Part shown: in pieces, positions 41,783-50,718 of the stretch
Position numbering within the stretch: position 1 is the first letter of the stretch
Layout: each line of letters begins with the position of its first letter
DNA from: Gammaproteobacteria bacterium
GTDB lineage: Bacteria; Pseudomonadota; Gammaproteobacteria; Pseudomonadales; Azotimanducaceae
NCBI GenBank assembly: GCA_026707905.1
Contig: JAPOVY010000104.1
Location: forward strand, 3,413 to 67,412
DNA: 64,000 nucleotides
Reading direction: 5' to 3'
Made by a program: the position numbers and the translations under genes
Notes under the pieces: model-generated
Database searches by the model: none
Told to the model about the DNA's origin: nothing
What the model saw: only the letters and a program-made list of their open reading frames with translations

Positions 41783-42826
41783 GTGATTTCAATCAATGAT
41801 TTAAGCCATCAATACGGCTCAGAGACAGTTCTCGAAGGATTGAACCTTCAGGTAGAAAAAGGAGAGATCGTCTGTTTACTCGGCGCATCGGGGAGTGGTA
41901 AAAGCACGTTGCTCCGCATCGTTGCGGGTCTGATGCCGTTACAGCACGGGACGGTCCGAATCGGCGACCTACCGCTGATAACTCCGAGATACGAGCTACC
42001 GCCAGAAAAGCGACGTTGTGGGCTTGTGTTTCAGGATCATGTGCTGTTCCCTCATATGACGGTCTCGGAAAACGTTGCATTCGGCTTATATAGCAAACCT
42101 GCAGACGAGTCGCGGCGCTTAAGCGAGGTCAGATTGCGGGAAGTCGGTATGGATCAGCACGTTGACCGCTACCCTCACGAACTTTCAGGTGGCGAGCAAC
42201 AACGTGTCGCCCTCGCGCGCGCCTTGGCACCGGAACCAACCGTGATGCTGTTGGATGAACCGTTCGCGAACGTGGATCCGACGTTGCGTCGTCGATTAAG
42301 AGAAGACACGCGACACGCACTGAAGAGTAGTGGTATACCCAGCATCATCGTTACGCACGACGCGACTGAAGCGATGGAGCTTGGCGATCGTATTGCGGTT
42401 CTTTATGACAGAGAGATTGTTCAGAATGCTAAACCTGAAGACGTATGGCGTCATCCGGCAAATCAGTTTATCGCCGAACTGATGAGCGAAACGAATGCGA
42501 TTGCAGGGATCGGTTTAGATGACGGAATAGAGACCCGGTTTGGACGTATTGAGAAGACGGGCGCAGCCATTGAAGTCAACGCACCTTACGTCGTCATCGC
42601 GCGGCCGGAGTCGATTAGCGTTCACGCAACCACGAAGGGGTCCGTTCGCGTTGCCGATGTCCGATTTCTTGGCGATAAATATGTAGTAACGCTAGAAACG
42701 GAAGGTGAATTTCTGCGCACAACATGCGTGACAACGCCCGATTATTCAAGAGGCACAGCAGTTTCGGTCGATTTCAATCCAGCCAACGTAATCGTCTATC
42801 CTGAAATTGATAATGAGTCTCATTAA
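41783..42826 (+). CDS. fbpC: ABC transporter ATP-binding protein (FbpC type)
   Basis: Has Walker A GASGSGKST, the signature LSGGEQQRVALARAL, Walker B MLLDEP and a C-terminal regulatory (TOBE-like) domain. Confidence 0.9.
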   Translation: MISINDLSHQYGSETVLEGLNLQVEKGEIVCLLGASGSGKSTLLRIVAGLMPLQHGTVRIGDLPLITPRYELPPEKRRCGLVFQDHVLFPHMTVSENVAFGLYSKPADESRRLSEVRLREVGMDQHVDRYPHELSGGEQQRVALARALAPEPTVMLLDEPFANVDPTLRRRLREDTRHALKSSGIPSIIVTHDATEAMELGDRIAVLYDREIVQNAKPEDVWRHPANQFIAELMSETNAIAGIGLDDGIETRFGRIEKTGAAIEVNAPYVVIARPESISVHATTKGSVRVADVRFLGDKYVVTLETEGEFLRTTCVTTPDYSRGTAVSVDFNPANVIVYPEIDNESH

Positions 42827-42920
42827 AATATAGGATACGCAACGTTAATTCATAAATATAGATCAGGAGTTCCGTATTTCTACTTCAGCTAACAGCGCTC
42901 TTTACATTACATTCGCGACA

Positions 42921-43895
42921 ATGATTTTTGCCTCAGCTAGTGTATCGGCGACTCAGGTGAACGTGTATTCCGCTCGCCATTACGACACCGATATTGCACT
43001 TTACGACACTTTCACTGAGCAAACGGGCATCGTTGTAAACCTAATTGAAGGCGGTAGCGATGCACTGATCGAAAGAATCGTGAACGAAGGTGAATATACA
43101 CCTGCCGATATTCTGATTACGGTCGACGCCGGACGACTCTGGCGTGCGCAAGAGCGAGGCGTGTTTCAGCCGATAGAGTCCTCGGTGCTTGAAGAACGCA
43201 TTCCGTTGCATTTACGTGAGTCGGAGGGACACTGGTTCGGCCTATCAAAGCGAGCGCGCGTCATCGTCCACACAAGAGGTAGTGTATTGCCGATACCAAT
43301 CGCGAGATACGAAGATCTAACCGATGATGCGCTTCGCGGACGTATTTGTATGCGGTCTTCGTCAAACATCTACAACCTTTCTCTTATGGCATCACTGATA
43401 GACGCTCATGGCGTTGCGGAAGCGGAGGAATGGGCTGCTGGCGTTGTAGCAAATTTCGCTCGACCGCCTCAGGGCAACGATACGAGTAATGTGTCTGCAG
43501 TTGCGTCGGGTGAATGCGGTGTAACGATTTCAAATACTTACTACTTAGGTCGTTGGCTCGCAAGCGATAGTGAACATACGCAGAGCCTCGTAAACGCCGT
43601 TTCGGTAGTCTTCCCGAACCAATCAGATCGTGGAACCCATGTGAACATTAGTGGTGCCGGTGTTACTCGCCATGCGCCGAATCGCGACAATGCAGTTCGA
43701 TTCCTTGAGTACCTAAGCGGCGATTTCGCGCAGACGTTGTTTGCTGAAGGAAACAATGAGTACCCGATCGTTGGTGAACCAACCGGTGCGATCACCAAAT
43801 TAGGCACGTTCGAAGAAGACATGCTCGCCGCTCAACGGTTAGGCGAGAATCAATCAGAAGCTGTACGAGTTTACGATCGAGCTGGTTGGCGCTAA
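42921..43895 (+). CDS. fbpA: Periplasmic ferric-iron-binding protein (FbpA/AfuA/FutA family)
   Basis: VNVYSARHYDTD..., ILITVDAGRLW and GLSKRARVIV match the family. ATG 42921 leaves only a 10-residue presequence, so the true start is probably upstream (see finding). Confidence 0.85.
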   Translation: MIFASASVSATQVNVYSARHYDTDIALYDTFTEQTGIVVNLIEGGSDALIERIVNEGEYTPADILITVDAGRLWRAQERGVFQPIESSVLEERIPLHLRESEGHWFGLSKRARVIVHTRGSVLPIPIARYEDLTDDALRGRICMRSSSNIYNLSLMASLIDAHGVAEAEEWAAGVVANFARPPQGNDTSNVSAVASGECGVTISNTYYLGRWLASDSEHTQSLVNAVSVVFPNQSDRGTHVNISGAGVTRHAPNRDNAVRFLEYLSGDFAQTLFAEGNNEYPIVGEPTGAITKLGTFEEDMLAAQRLGENQSEAVRVYDRAGWR

Positions 43896-43908
43896 TGAGA
43901 CCCTTGTC

Positions 43909-44583
43909 TTATTCGGCCCAAAGCCGAAGCAGGTTATTGCGTACAAATTTCAGTTGCGTTGCTGCGGTGTCCATGCTTTCGTCTAGCGTTTCCGGATTTG
44001 AGATTAGGTCTGTGGCCTGCGTTAGATCAAACAGCAGTTGTCGATGAACCGACGATCTCACGCGACTTCGCACCCAGCCTACAGTAGCTAGACGAATACC
44101 TGATAGTACGGGACGGACAGCATGAAGTTGATCGCTTGGGTATACCAATGCGCACCCGCTCGGCAACTTGATGGATTGTGCGCCCATGGAAGATTGAAGT
44201 TCAACTTCGCCGCCCTCATAGGTTTCTGCACTAGAGAGAAAAAGCGTAAACGACAAGTCGGTTCGTATACCCTCAATGAATGCATTGTCATAGTGGGTAC
44301 CGTACGACATACCTGCTTCACAGCGACTAATGGTTACGCGGCCGATGCGAGCGGGGATGGCAAAACGTTGAAACAAGGAGTGTTGTTTAAGACCATCGCG
44401 AACCGCAGAAACAACACGTTGAACTTCAGGCTTATCTGGAATCGCTTGAAGATTTTGTTTCCGTTCGCGCGCCGTTTTTCCGGCGGTACGAGCACCCAAT
44501 TCGTAGAGCGACATATCGTCGAGTACCGTCACAAATGCCCTAACGAGGCTTTCTGCTAACACATTTTCGAGACAGAGCATCAT
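43909..44583 (-). CDS. piuC: Fe(II)/2-oxoglutarate-dependent PKHD-type hydroxylase (PiuC/YbiX)
   Basis: 224 aa reading MMLCLENVL..., YGTHYDNA..IRTDLSFTLFLS..YEGGEV...LYPSDQLHAV, which aligns by eye with E. coli YbiX and P. aeruginosa PiuC. Confidence 0.85.
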   Translation of the reverse strand: MMLCLENVLAESLVRAFVTVLDDMSLYELGARTAGKTARERKQNLQAIPDKPEVQRVVSAVRDGLKQHSLFQRFAIPARIGRVTISRCEAGMSYGTHYDNAFIEGIRTDLSFTLFLSSAETYEGGEVELQSSMGAQSIKLPSGCALVYPSDQLHAVRPVLSGIRLATVGWVRSRVRSSVHRQLLFDLTQATDLISNPETLDESMDTAATQLKFVRNNLLRLWAE

Positions 44584-45484
44584 GACCGGCAGTATATCTA
44601 GTAAAGAGAGTCGTTACGCCCGTTGGCATACCGTATCGATGTTAGGTGCCGCAACCTGGCTTATTACGAGTCCATGGGGTGACGTGAACGGTGAGGAAGC
44701 GCTTCTCGATTTGGAGACCGAAGACCAGACGAGCGTATCGCAGGTTCGACCTCTCATTGGTGCTGTACGTGAACGTGAGGGTGAAGGCGAAGGCGGTGAA
44801 GGAGAAGGTGGGGAAGGCGAAGGAGTCGGAGGATATGACGTCGATTTAAGTACGAACGATGTAGCGTATCTTTCGCAATTGGGCTTAATTAGAGGACATC
44901 TTGCGGTTGGATTCGCTCTATATCAGCACGACTTAGCGGTTTTAGCCGAAACTCACATGAAGCATCCGCGTGAAGAGATTTACAGTACGGTCATACCTGC
45001 GTTTGAGGCTCGAGGTTGTGACGGTTTCGGGTCAGAATTGACGGAACTCACACGGGTTGTCACCAAACGCGCGTCTATGGACGAAGTCAGCGCGGTTTAT
45101 GACGTATTAACGGGCGCAATCAATACTTGCGAACAATTAGCTGACATTACTAATCCGATCGTTATATCGAAAATCATCGAGAACCTATTGCGAACCGCCG
45201 GTGTTGAGTACCAGATAGGCGTTGTCGATGGTACGATCGACAATTTGCACGAATATCAAGACGCGTGGGGCTTTACACAGATTGCTGGTAACTGGGCGCA
45301 GAGCGACGCTTTCGCAACGAGTGCAACCGCTACTGCCGTAGCAGGGCAACTTCAAAACCTTATCGCAGGTCTTGATACTCTGTGGCCGTCGCTTGATCCG
45401 CAAGACGTGTCGGATGGAGATGCATCCCGCCTTTTCGGTGCGGCGGGTCAAGTTGAAGCCACGGCAATGTCACTGCAACGCTAA
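44582..45484 (+). CDS. Hypothetical exported protein with a Gly/Glu repeat tract
   Basis: 300-aa ORF with a signal-like N-terminus (RYARWHTVSMLGAATWLITSP), an EREGEGEGGEGEGGEGEGVGG tract and then a helical domain of about 215 aa. No family recognised. Confidence 0.55.
   Translation: MTGSISSKESRYARWHTVSMLGAATWLITSPWGDVNGEEALLDLETEDQTSVSQVRPLIGAVREREGEGEGGEGEGGEGEGVGGYDVDLSTNDVAYLSQLGLIRGHLAVGFALYQHDLAVLAETHMKHPREEIYSTVIPAFEARGCDGFGSELTELTRVVTKRASMDEVSAVYDVLTGAINTCEQLADITNPIVISKIIENLLRTAGVEYQIGVVDGTIDNLHEYQDAWGFTQIAGNWAQSDAFATSATATAVAGQLQNLIAGLDTLWPSLDPQDVSDGDASRLFGAAGQVEATAMSLQR
44771..44833 (+). repeat. In-frame GGTGAAGGNGAA-type tandem repeat encoding (E-G)n
   Basis: The sequence gaacgtgagggtgaaggcgaaggcggtgaaggagaaggtggggaaggcgaaggagtcggagga encodes EREGEGEGGEGEGGEGEGVGG. 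Confidence 0.85.
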
Positions 45485-45665
45485 GCGTTAGAGGCCGCGA
45501 CCATTCCATAAAAGCGATCAAATGCGCTACGAATACTGCGTTGCGATGTCGCGCGTTTCAATGACGACTCAAACACTATGCTATTTACTGAGCAGCTCGG
45601 AGCAGTGTGAATAACATTGAGTTCTAGTGTTTCGCGGCGAACTATCTCAGGGGGTGATAGTTACC

Positions 45666-46148
45666 ATGAATGTGAGAATCAATGGCACAATCCGGGCGCT
45701 TGGCGAAATCGATCCGCAAACTCCGCTTCTTTGGGTGCTAAGAGACGAGCTGGATCTCGTAGGAACTAAGTTTGGATGCGGCATTAGCCAATGTGGCGCA
45801 TGCACAGTTCTTATCAATAATGTTGCCGTAAAGTCGTGTACCTACCCGATTGCGTCTGTGGGTGAGGCAGAAGTTACGACCATCGAGGGACTCGCCGGAT
45901 CCGATGGCGAATTGAACCCCGTACAAGAAGCGTGGGTAGACTTGGATGTCGCCCAGTGCGGCTATTGCCAAAGTGGTCAAGTCATGGCAGCGGAAGCGTT
46001 ATTACGCGCTAATCCAAATCCAAGTGACGATGAGATTGATCAGGCGATGGCTTCGAATATCTGTCGATGTGGTACCTACGTTCGGATTCGAGAAGCTGTC
46101 AAGACGGCTGCGAGCCAGTTGGCAACCGATGTCGGAGGGGGTGCGTAA
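45666..46148 (+). CDS. (2Fe-2S)-binding small subunit of an IorAB-type molybdenum hydroxylase
   Basis: Has GCGISQCGACTV and CGYCQSG...CRCGTY cysteine clusters. ATG 45666 (MNVRINGT) is preferred over the ORF-track start 45627. Confidence 0.87.
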   Translation: MNVRINGTIRALGEIDPQTPLLWVLRDELDLVGTKFGCGISQCGACTVLINNVAVKSCTYPIASVGEAEVTTIEGLAGSDGELNPVQEAWVDLDVAQCGYCQSGQVMAAEALLRANPNPSDDEIDQAMASNICRCGTYVRIREAVKTAASQLATDVGGGA

Positions 46149-48400
46149 TGGCGTCACTCAACTACGATGGTATCGCTGAGATTGTTGATACCATCACTTC
46201 AGCTCGCGAAGAACTGAGTGGCGTTGGTGCGCCGCTTCGTATCGTAAAACTTGACCGCCGCCAGTTCTTGAAGATGACCGGTGCGGTAGGCGGTGGACTG
46301 ATGCTCTCGTTTACTGCACCGAAGGCGATCGCCAGTAAGGGTGCGAGTGCGTTTCAGCCGAACGGGTACGTCAAAATCGACGATTCCGGGATCGTCTTGT
46401 ATGCGAAAAACCCCGAGATCGGTCAAGGCGTTAAAACGTCTCTCCCCATGATCGTTGCCGAAGAGCTCGACGCCGCTTGGGAAGACGTAACGGTCGAACA
46501 ATCGCGCATCGATCAAGCTGCGTACGGGATGCAGTTCGCGGGTGGTTCGACCGCGATACCGATCAATTGGACAGCATTGAGACGCGCCGGCGCGACCGCA
46601 AGAGCAATGTTGGTAAAGGCTGCAGCAAACCGGTGGAACGTCAGCGTCGACTCACTCACGACGGAGAACAGTGAGGTGATCCACGCGTCCAGTGGTCGAC
46701 GGGCGACCTATCTCGAATTGGCAAACGAAGCGGCCGCGCTCGATGTTCCGAACGGAGATTCGGTTCCTTTGAAGGATCCGAGCGATTTTCGCATTTTAGG
46801 TAGACGGGTAACAGGGGTCGATAACGAAGCGTTGGTGCGGGGTGAGCCTCTATTTGGTATTGATCAGACTGTACAGGGTATGAAGTACGCGGTATATCAG
46901 AAGTGCGACGCGATCGGCGGAAAGGTAAAGTCTGCCAATCTCGAAGAAATAAAAGCGATGTCGGGCGTAGTGGATGCGTTTATCCTAGAAGGAAACGACA
47001 ATGCTTGGGAACTTTTACCGGGTGTTGCCATCGTTGCTGACAGCACGTGGAAGGTATTGCAGGCGAAACGCGCACTCGATATTGAGTGGGAAGAGACTGA
47101 TGCATCTACCGATAGCTGGTCGGACGCGATCTATAAAGCGGAAAAACTCCGACACGAAACAGGCCCACGAGTCGTAGATACCGGGAACGTGGATACCGCA
47201 TTCGAGAATAGCGTGAAACAAGCGAGCGGGTTCTATCGCTATGCATTCGCAAGTCACGCACAACTCGAACCACAAAACTGTACTGCGTCACTCAAGGACG
47301 GCAAGCTTGAACTATGGGCACCAACCCAAACTCCCGGCGCCGCGATTATGAGTGCTGCGAGGGTCGTGGGGATACCACCTTCAAGCGTTACGCTCCATCA
47401 AAAACGCTGTGGCGGTGGATTTGGGCGACGTTTGTATAACGATTTCGTCTGTGAAGCATCAGCTATCGCAAAGCATGTCGGAATACCTGTCAAGCTACAG
47501 TGGACACGTGAAGATGACATGGCGTATGACTTGTATCGCGCAGGTGGATTCCATCAGATGCATGGCTCCGTAGATGAGAACGGGAAGATCACGGGTTGGC
47601 GGAACCGTTTCATCACGTTTACGAACGATGGTAGTCGACCTGTTTCTGGTGGCGGCATCTCTCCGAGCGTGTTCCCAGGTGGTCTTCTCGAGAATGTACG
47701 AGTTGAGCAAACGGCGCTTGAGTGGAAGAATCGATGCGCAGCATGGCGTGCGCCTGGTTCAAACGTATTCGCCTTCGTTGTTGGGAGTTTCTTGCACGAG
47801 CTAGCGCACACTGCAGGCAGGGATCATCTTGAGGTGCTGTTAGAGGTCCTCGGCGAACCACGACAATTAGGTCCACGAGGTATGCATACGGGTCGGGCTG
47901 CTGGCGTCGTCAAGTTAGCAGCTGAAAAAGCAGGTTGGGGATGGGAGCTAGAGAAAGGACGTGGTATGGGCGTCGCGTTCTACTATAGTCACGCGGGTCA
48001 CATTGCCGAAGTGGCAGATCTAAGTGTGAGCGAAGACAAGAAAGTCAGAGTGCACAAAGTCACGGTCGCCGCTGATGTTGGACCAATTGTGAATCTGAGT
48101 GGTGCCGAAAACCAGGTTCAAGGTTCCGTCGTCGATGGTATATCGACCATGTTTGATCTAGCCGTGAGTTTCGAAAATGGTCGGATACAGCAAACCAATT
48201 TCGATACGTACTCGATGATGCGAATGCCTTCAGCGCCGGAAATCGACGTGCATTTCATCGAGAGCGATTACCCGCCGACAGGCCTCGGTGAACCTGCTTT
48301 TCCGCCGTTAGCGCCTGCGGTCTACAACGCGATCTTCGCGGCGACCGGTCAGCGCGCTCGAACGATGCCGATCAGTGAGGAAGGTTTTACGTTGGCTTAA
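46148..48400 (+). CDS. Molybdopterin-binding large subunit (isoquinoline 1-oxidoreductase beta / aldehyde oxidase family)
   Basis: About 750 aa from ATG 46148 (TAATG overlap with the small subunit), with a twin-arginine signal DRRQFLKMTGAVGGGLML. It has the family-typical size and pairing. Confidence 0.85.
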   Translation: MASLNYDGIAEIVDTITSAREELSGVGAPLRIVKLDRRQFLKMTGAVGGGLMLSFTAPKAIASKGASAFQPNGYVKIDDSGIVLYAKNPEIGQGVKTSLPMIVAEELDAAWEDVTVEQSRIDQAAYGMQFAGGSTAIPINWTALRRAGATARAMLVKAAANRWNVSVDSLTTENSEVIHASSGRRATYLELANEAAALDVPNGDSVPLKDPSDFRILGRRVTGVDNEALVRGEPLFGIDQTVQGMKYAVYQKCDAIGGKVKSANLEEIKAMSGVVDAFILEGNDNAWELLPGVAIVADSTWKVLQAKRALDIEWEETDASTDSWSDAIYKAEKLRHETGPRVVDTGNVDTAFENSVKQASGFYRYAFASHAQLEPQNCTASLKDGKLELWAPTQTPGAAIMSAARVVGIPPSSVTLHQKRCGGGFGRRLYNDFVCEASAIAKHVGIPVKLQWTREDDMAYDLYRAGGFHQMHGSVDENGKITGWRNRFITFTNDGSRPVSGGGISPSVFPGGLLENVRVEQTALEWKNRCAAWRAPGSNVFAFVVGSFLHELAHTAGRDHLEVLLEVLGEPRQLGPRGMHTGRAAGVVKLAAEKAGWGWELEKGRGMGVAFYYSHAGHIAEVADLSVSEDKKVRVHKVTVAADVGPIVNLSGAENQVQGSVVDGISTMFDLAVSFENGRIQQTNFDTYSMMRMPSAPEIDVHFIESDYPPTGLGEPAFPPLAPAVYNAIFAATGQRARTMPISEEGFTLA

Positions 48401-48414
48401 GCTCGGTTCGATAT

Positions 48415-50613
48415 TTGCCGCGAGTTAGAAACCACGCACTCGGAGTTCGGTTACGTACTAAATTTCGACGAAACAGAAATACGATTACGCAGTGGAGCGC
48501 TTTATCGCTCCACTGCGTAATTTCATTATTACTCGGCCTAACTCATAGCGTCTCAGCGTCCGAACAGTACGACGCGATCGAGGAAGTAATCGTCACGGCA
48601 ATGCGTCGTGAGGAAGGCGTCTACGATGTTCCCGCCGCGCTTTCTGTATTCGAAGGCGAAGCGATCGAGGATCAAGGTATTGTCGACCTCGTTGACATCG
48701 GGAAATTTGTACCTAATCTCAATATCACGACTTTCTCGGCGGGTCATACGTCGTCGGCAAATCCATTCATACGAGGTATTGGTTTACAGGATCACTTGAT
48801 CACTACGGATCCAGGTGTTAGTGTGTACCTCGACGGTGTATATCTCGGACGTCAGGTAGGGCAGCATTGGAATCTGAAGAACATTGACCGAGTTGAAGTC
48901 CTCCGAGGTCCGCAAGGGACGCTTTATGGTCGTAATTCCATAGGCGGCGCTATCAACATCATCACGCAGCGAGCGGGATCGAATCCGGGGCGGACTATCG
49001 ATGCACGCATTGGTACCCGTGGCCGACTCGATACCAATTTGCATATCGACTCCAAATTGTCGGAAGCTGCCTCATTAACGTTTTCAACTAGCTTGCGGAG
49101 GCGTGGTGGCGTCGGCGAGTTCCTAAACCTGCCAGATATCGGGGTCGAAGTTGGCGAGACGCGTGCGGTATCCGGACGCTTTGCGTTCTCACTGGACATC
49201 AATCCGGAGGTTTCGCTATTGATTGCGATTGACGCAAACGACGGTAAGAATGGCTTGAATCCGTATACAACTCACATCGACGAACTGCCTTTTGGAGCGT
49301 TGTATACCAACGGCTATCGAAATTCTGACGTAAGTAACGATCCCTATGACAACCACACAGGTCAACCAGGCCAGACACAGACCACGAATGCGGCAAGAGG
49401 ACTCGCGCTCACGTTAGAGTGGTTTGCTTCGGAGTTAATCTCAACCAAGCTTCTCGTGAGTAAACGAGAGTCGGACTATATGGCAGGATTAGATGATGAT
49501 GCGTTTTTTGACGACTTCATGAGTTTCCCGGAAAAAGGGGAAGCGGACCAGACATATATCGAAGGACAGATTGCGGGTACCTTTGATGGATACGACTTCG
49601 TTGCAGGTATTCTCGCGTTTGAGGAAACGGGAGGAAACACGCAGGATCCGACCGTGTTTCTTGGATTTGAAGGACGATTCGAATTAAGTCAACGTGTTGA
49701 TAGTCGCGCTGTCTTTGTGAACATTGGGAAGGCGATCACCGAACACTGGCGCATAAGCGTTGGACTGCGTAATACTGAAGACCGCAAAGAAGCGACAACC
49801 AACGTCGGTACCGGGTTGGTGTCGAGCGCGGAATCATGGTCCGAGGTTAATTGGGACTTGACGACTCGATACAGTTTTCGCGATCGGCTTTCTGCTTATG
49901 CGACCGTACAGAACGGTTACCAGTCGGGTCAATTTCCAGCACGGCCGTTTTGTCTATTCGCAGACCCAGGTTGCTTCATCGCGGGCGACAATATATCCGC
50001 GCTGAACTACGAAGTGGGATGTAAAGGTCAGACTCACAGGAATCTTGAGCTAAGCGTTGCTCTGTTTCGAACGCGTTACTTTGATTTACCTTACCAGGTT
50101 AGCACGACAGCAGGTGACGGTTTCAATACTGCGAATCTGATCGTCGATCAGGTTACGTCAGGAGTCGAGTGGGAGAGTACGTTGCGCATTACGCCTTCAA
50201 TTTCGCTACGTTTCGCGATCGGACAACTCGAAGTTGATGTCGAGAAGGTCGGTGGAATCGAAGCCGTTGCGCCTCTAACCCCTGAACTTACTGTAGCGAT
50301 TAGTCCAGTATTGGAACGAGAGTTGGCTAGAGGCGGAAGATTGACGGCTCGTTTGGATTATTCATGGCGCGATGAGATGTGGGGCGAACCAAGTTCCGAT
50401 TTGAGGAGGTTAACTCGCATCGACAGTCGCGGATTAGTTAACGTGCACCTAGGATATGAGCCACCAACGGAGAACTGGCGAGTATTCGTCTATGGTCGGA
50501 ATATAACTGATGAACGGTATGACAATGCACGTCTCAATACAGGTGACTACTTGCTGCGCATACTTAGTAATGACGTGAGTGAATTTGGACTGCAACTCGA
50601 CTGGTCGTTCTAA
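48415..50613 (+). CDS. TonB-dependent outer membrane receptor
   Basis: 732-aa ORF with a plug region (IEEVIVTAMRREE...VEVLRGPQGTLYGRNSIGGAINII) and a beta-barrel ending ...GLQLDWSF. The TTG start has no visible SD and the N-terminal coding region contains a perfect hairpin. Confidence 0.85.
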   Translation: MPRVRNHALGVRLRTKFRRNRNTITQWSALSLHCVISLLLGLTHSVSASEQYDAIEEVIVTAMRREEGVYDVPAALSVFEGEAIEDQGIVDLVDIGKFVPNLNITTFSAGHTSSANPFIRGIGLQDHLITTDPGVSVYLDGVYLGRQVGQHWNLKNIDRVEVLRGPQGTLYGRNSIGGAINIITQRAGSNPGRTIDARIGTRGRLDTNLHIDSKLSEAASLTFSTSLRRRGGVGEFLNLPDIGVEVGETRAVSGRFAFSLDINPEVSLLIAIDANDGKNGLNPYTTHIDELPFGALYTNGYRNSDVSNDPYDNHTGQPGQTQTTNAARGLALTLEWFASELISTKLLVSKRESDYMAGLDDDAFFDDFMSFPEKGEADQTYIEGQIAGTFDGYDFVAGILAFEETGGNTQDPTVFLGFEGRFELSQRVDSRAVFVNIGKAITEHWRISVGLRNTEDRKEATTNVGTGLVSSAESWSEVNWDLTTRYSFRDRLSAYATVQNGYQSGQFPARPFCLFADPGCFIAGDNISALNYEVGCKGQTHRNLELSVALFRTRYFDLPYQVSTTAGDGFNTANLIVDQVTSGVEWESTLRITPSISLRFAIGQLEVDVEKVGGIEAVAPLTPELTVAISPVLERELARGGRLTARLDYSWRDEMWGEPSSDLRRLTRIDSRGLVNVHLGYEPPTENWRVFVYGRNITDERYDNARLNTGDYLLRILSNDVSEFGLQLDWSF
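48484..48521 (+). terminator. Perfect 16-bp stem / 6-nt loop hairpin (possible iorAB terminator or translational or regulatory element)
   Basis: ATTACGCAGTGGAGCG-CTTTAT-CGCTCCACTGCGTAAT, followed by the T-rich TTCATTATTACT. The structure is certain; its function is inferred. Confidence 0.45.
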
Positions 50614-50718
50614 ACGGAACCGTTTTGATATGGAAGTCGTTGGCTCTCCAAGAGCGTATCTTCGGCGTCGGACGGCTTTCGTTCGAATCTGTACGAACTG
50701 CCCCGATAAAGCAGACTG

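Noticed and set aside
42841-42880. Possible Fur boxes in AT-rich stretches upstream of fbpA (TTAATTCATAAATATAGAT) and after the 48.5-kb hairpin (TAATTTCATTATTAC).
   Set aside because: They match the GATAATGATAATCATTATC consensus only at scattered positions and are not palindromic. The match is too weak to call without a genome-specific Fur motif.
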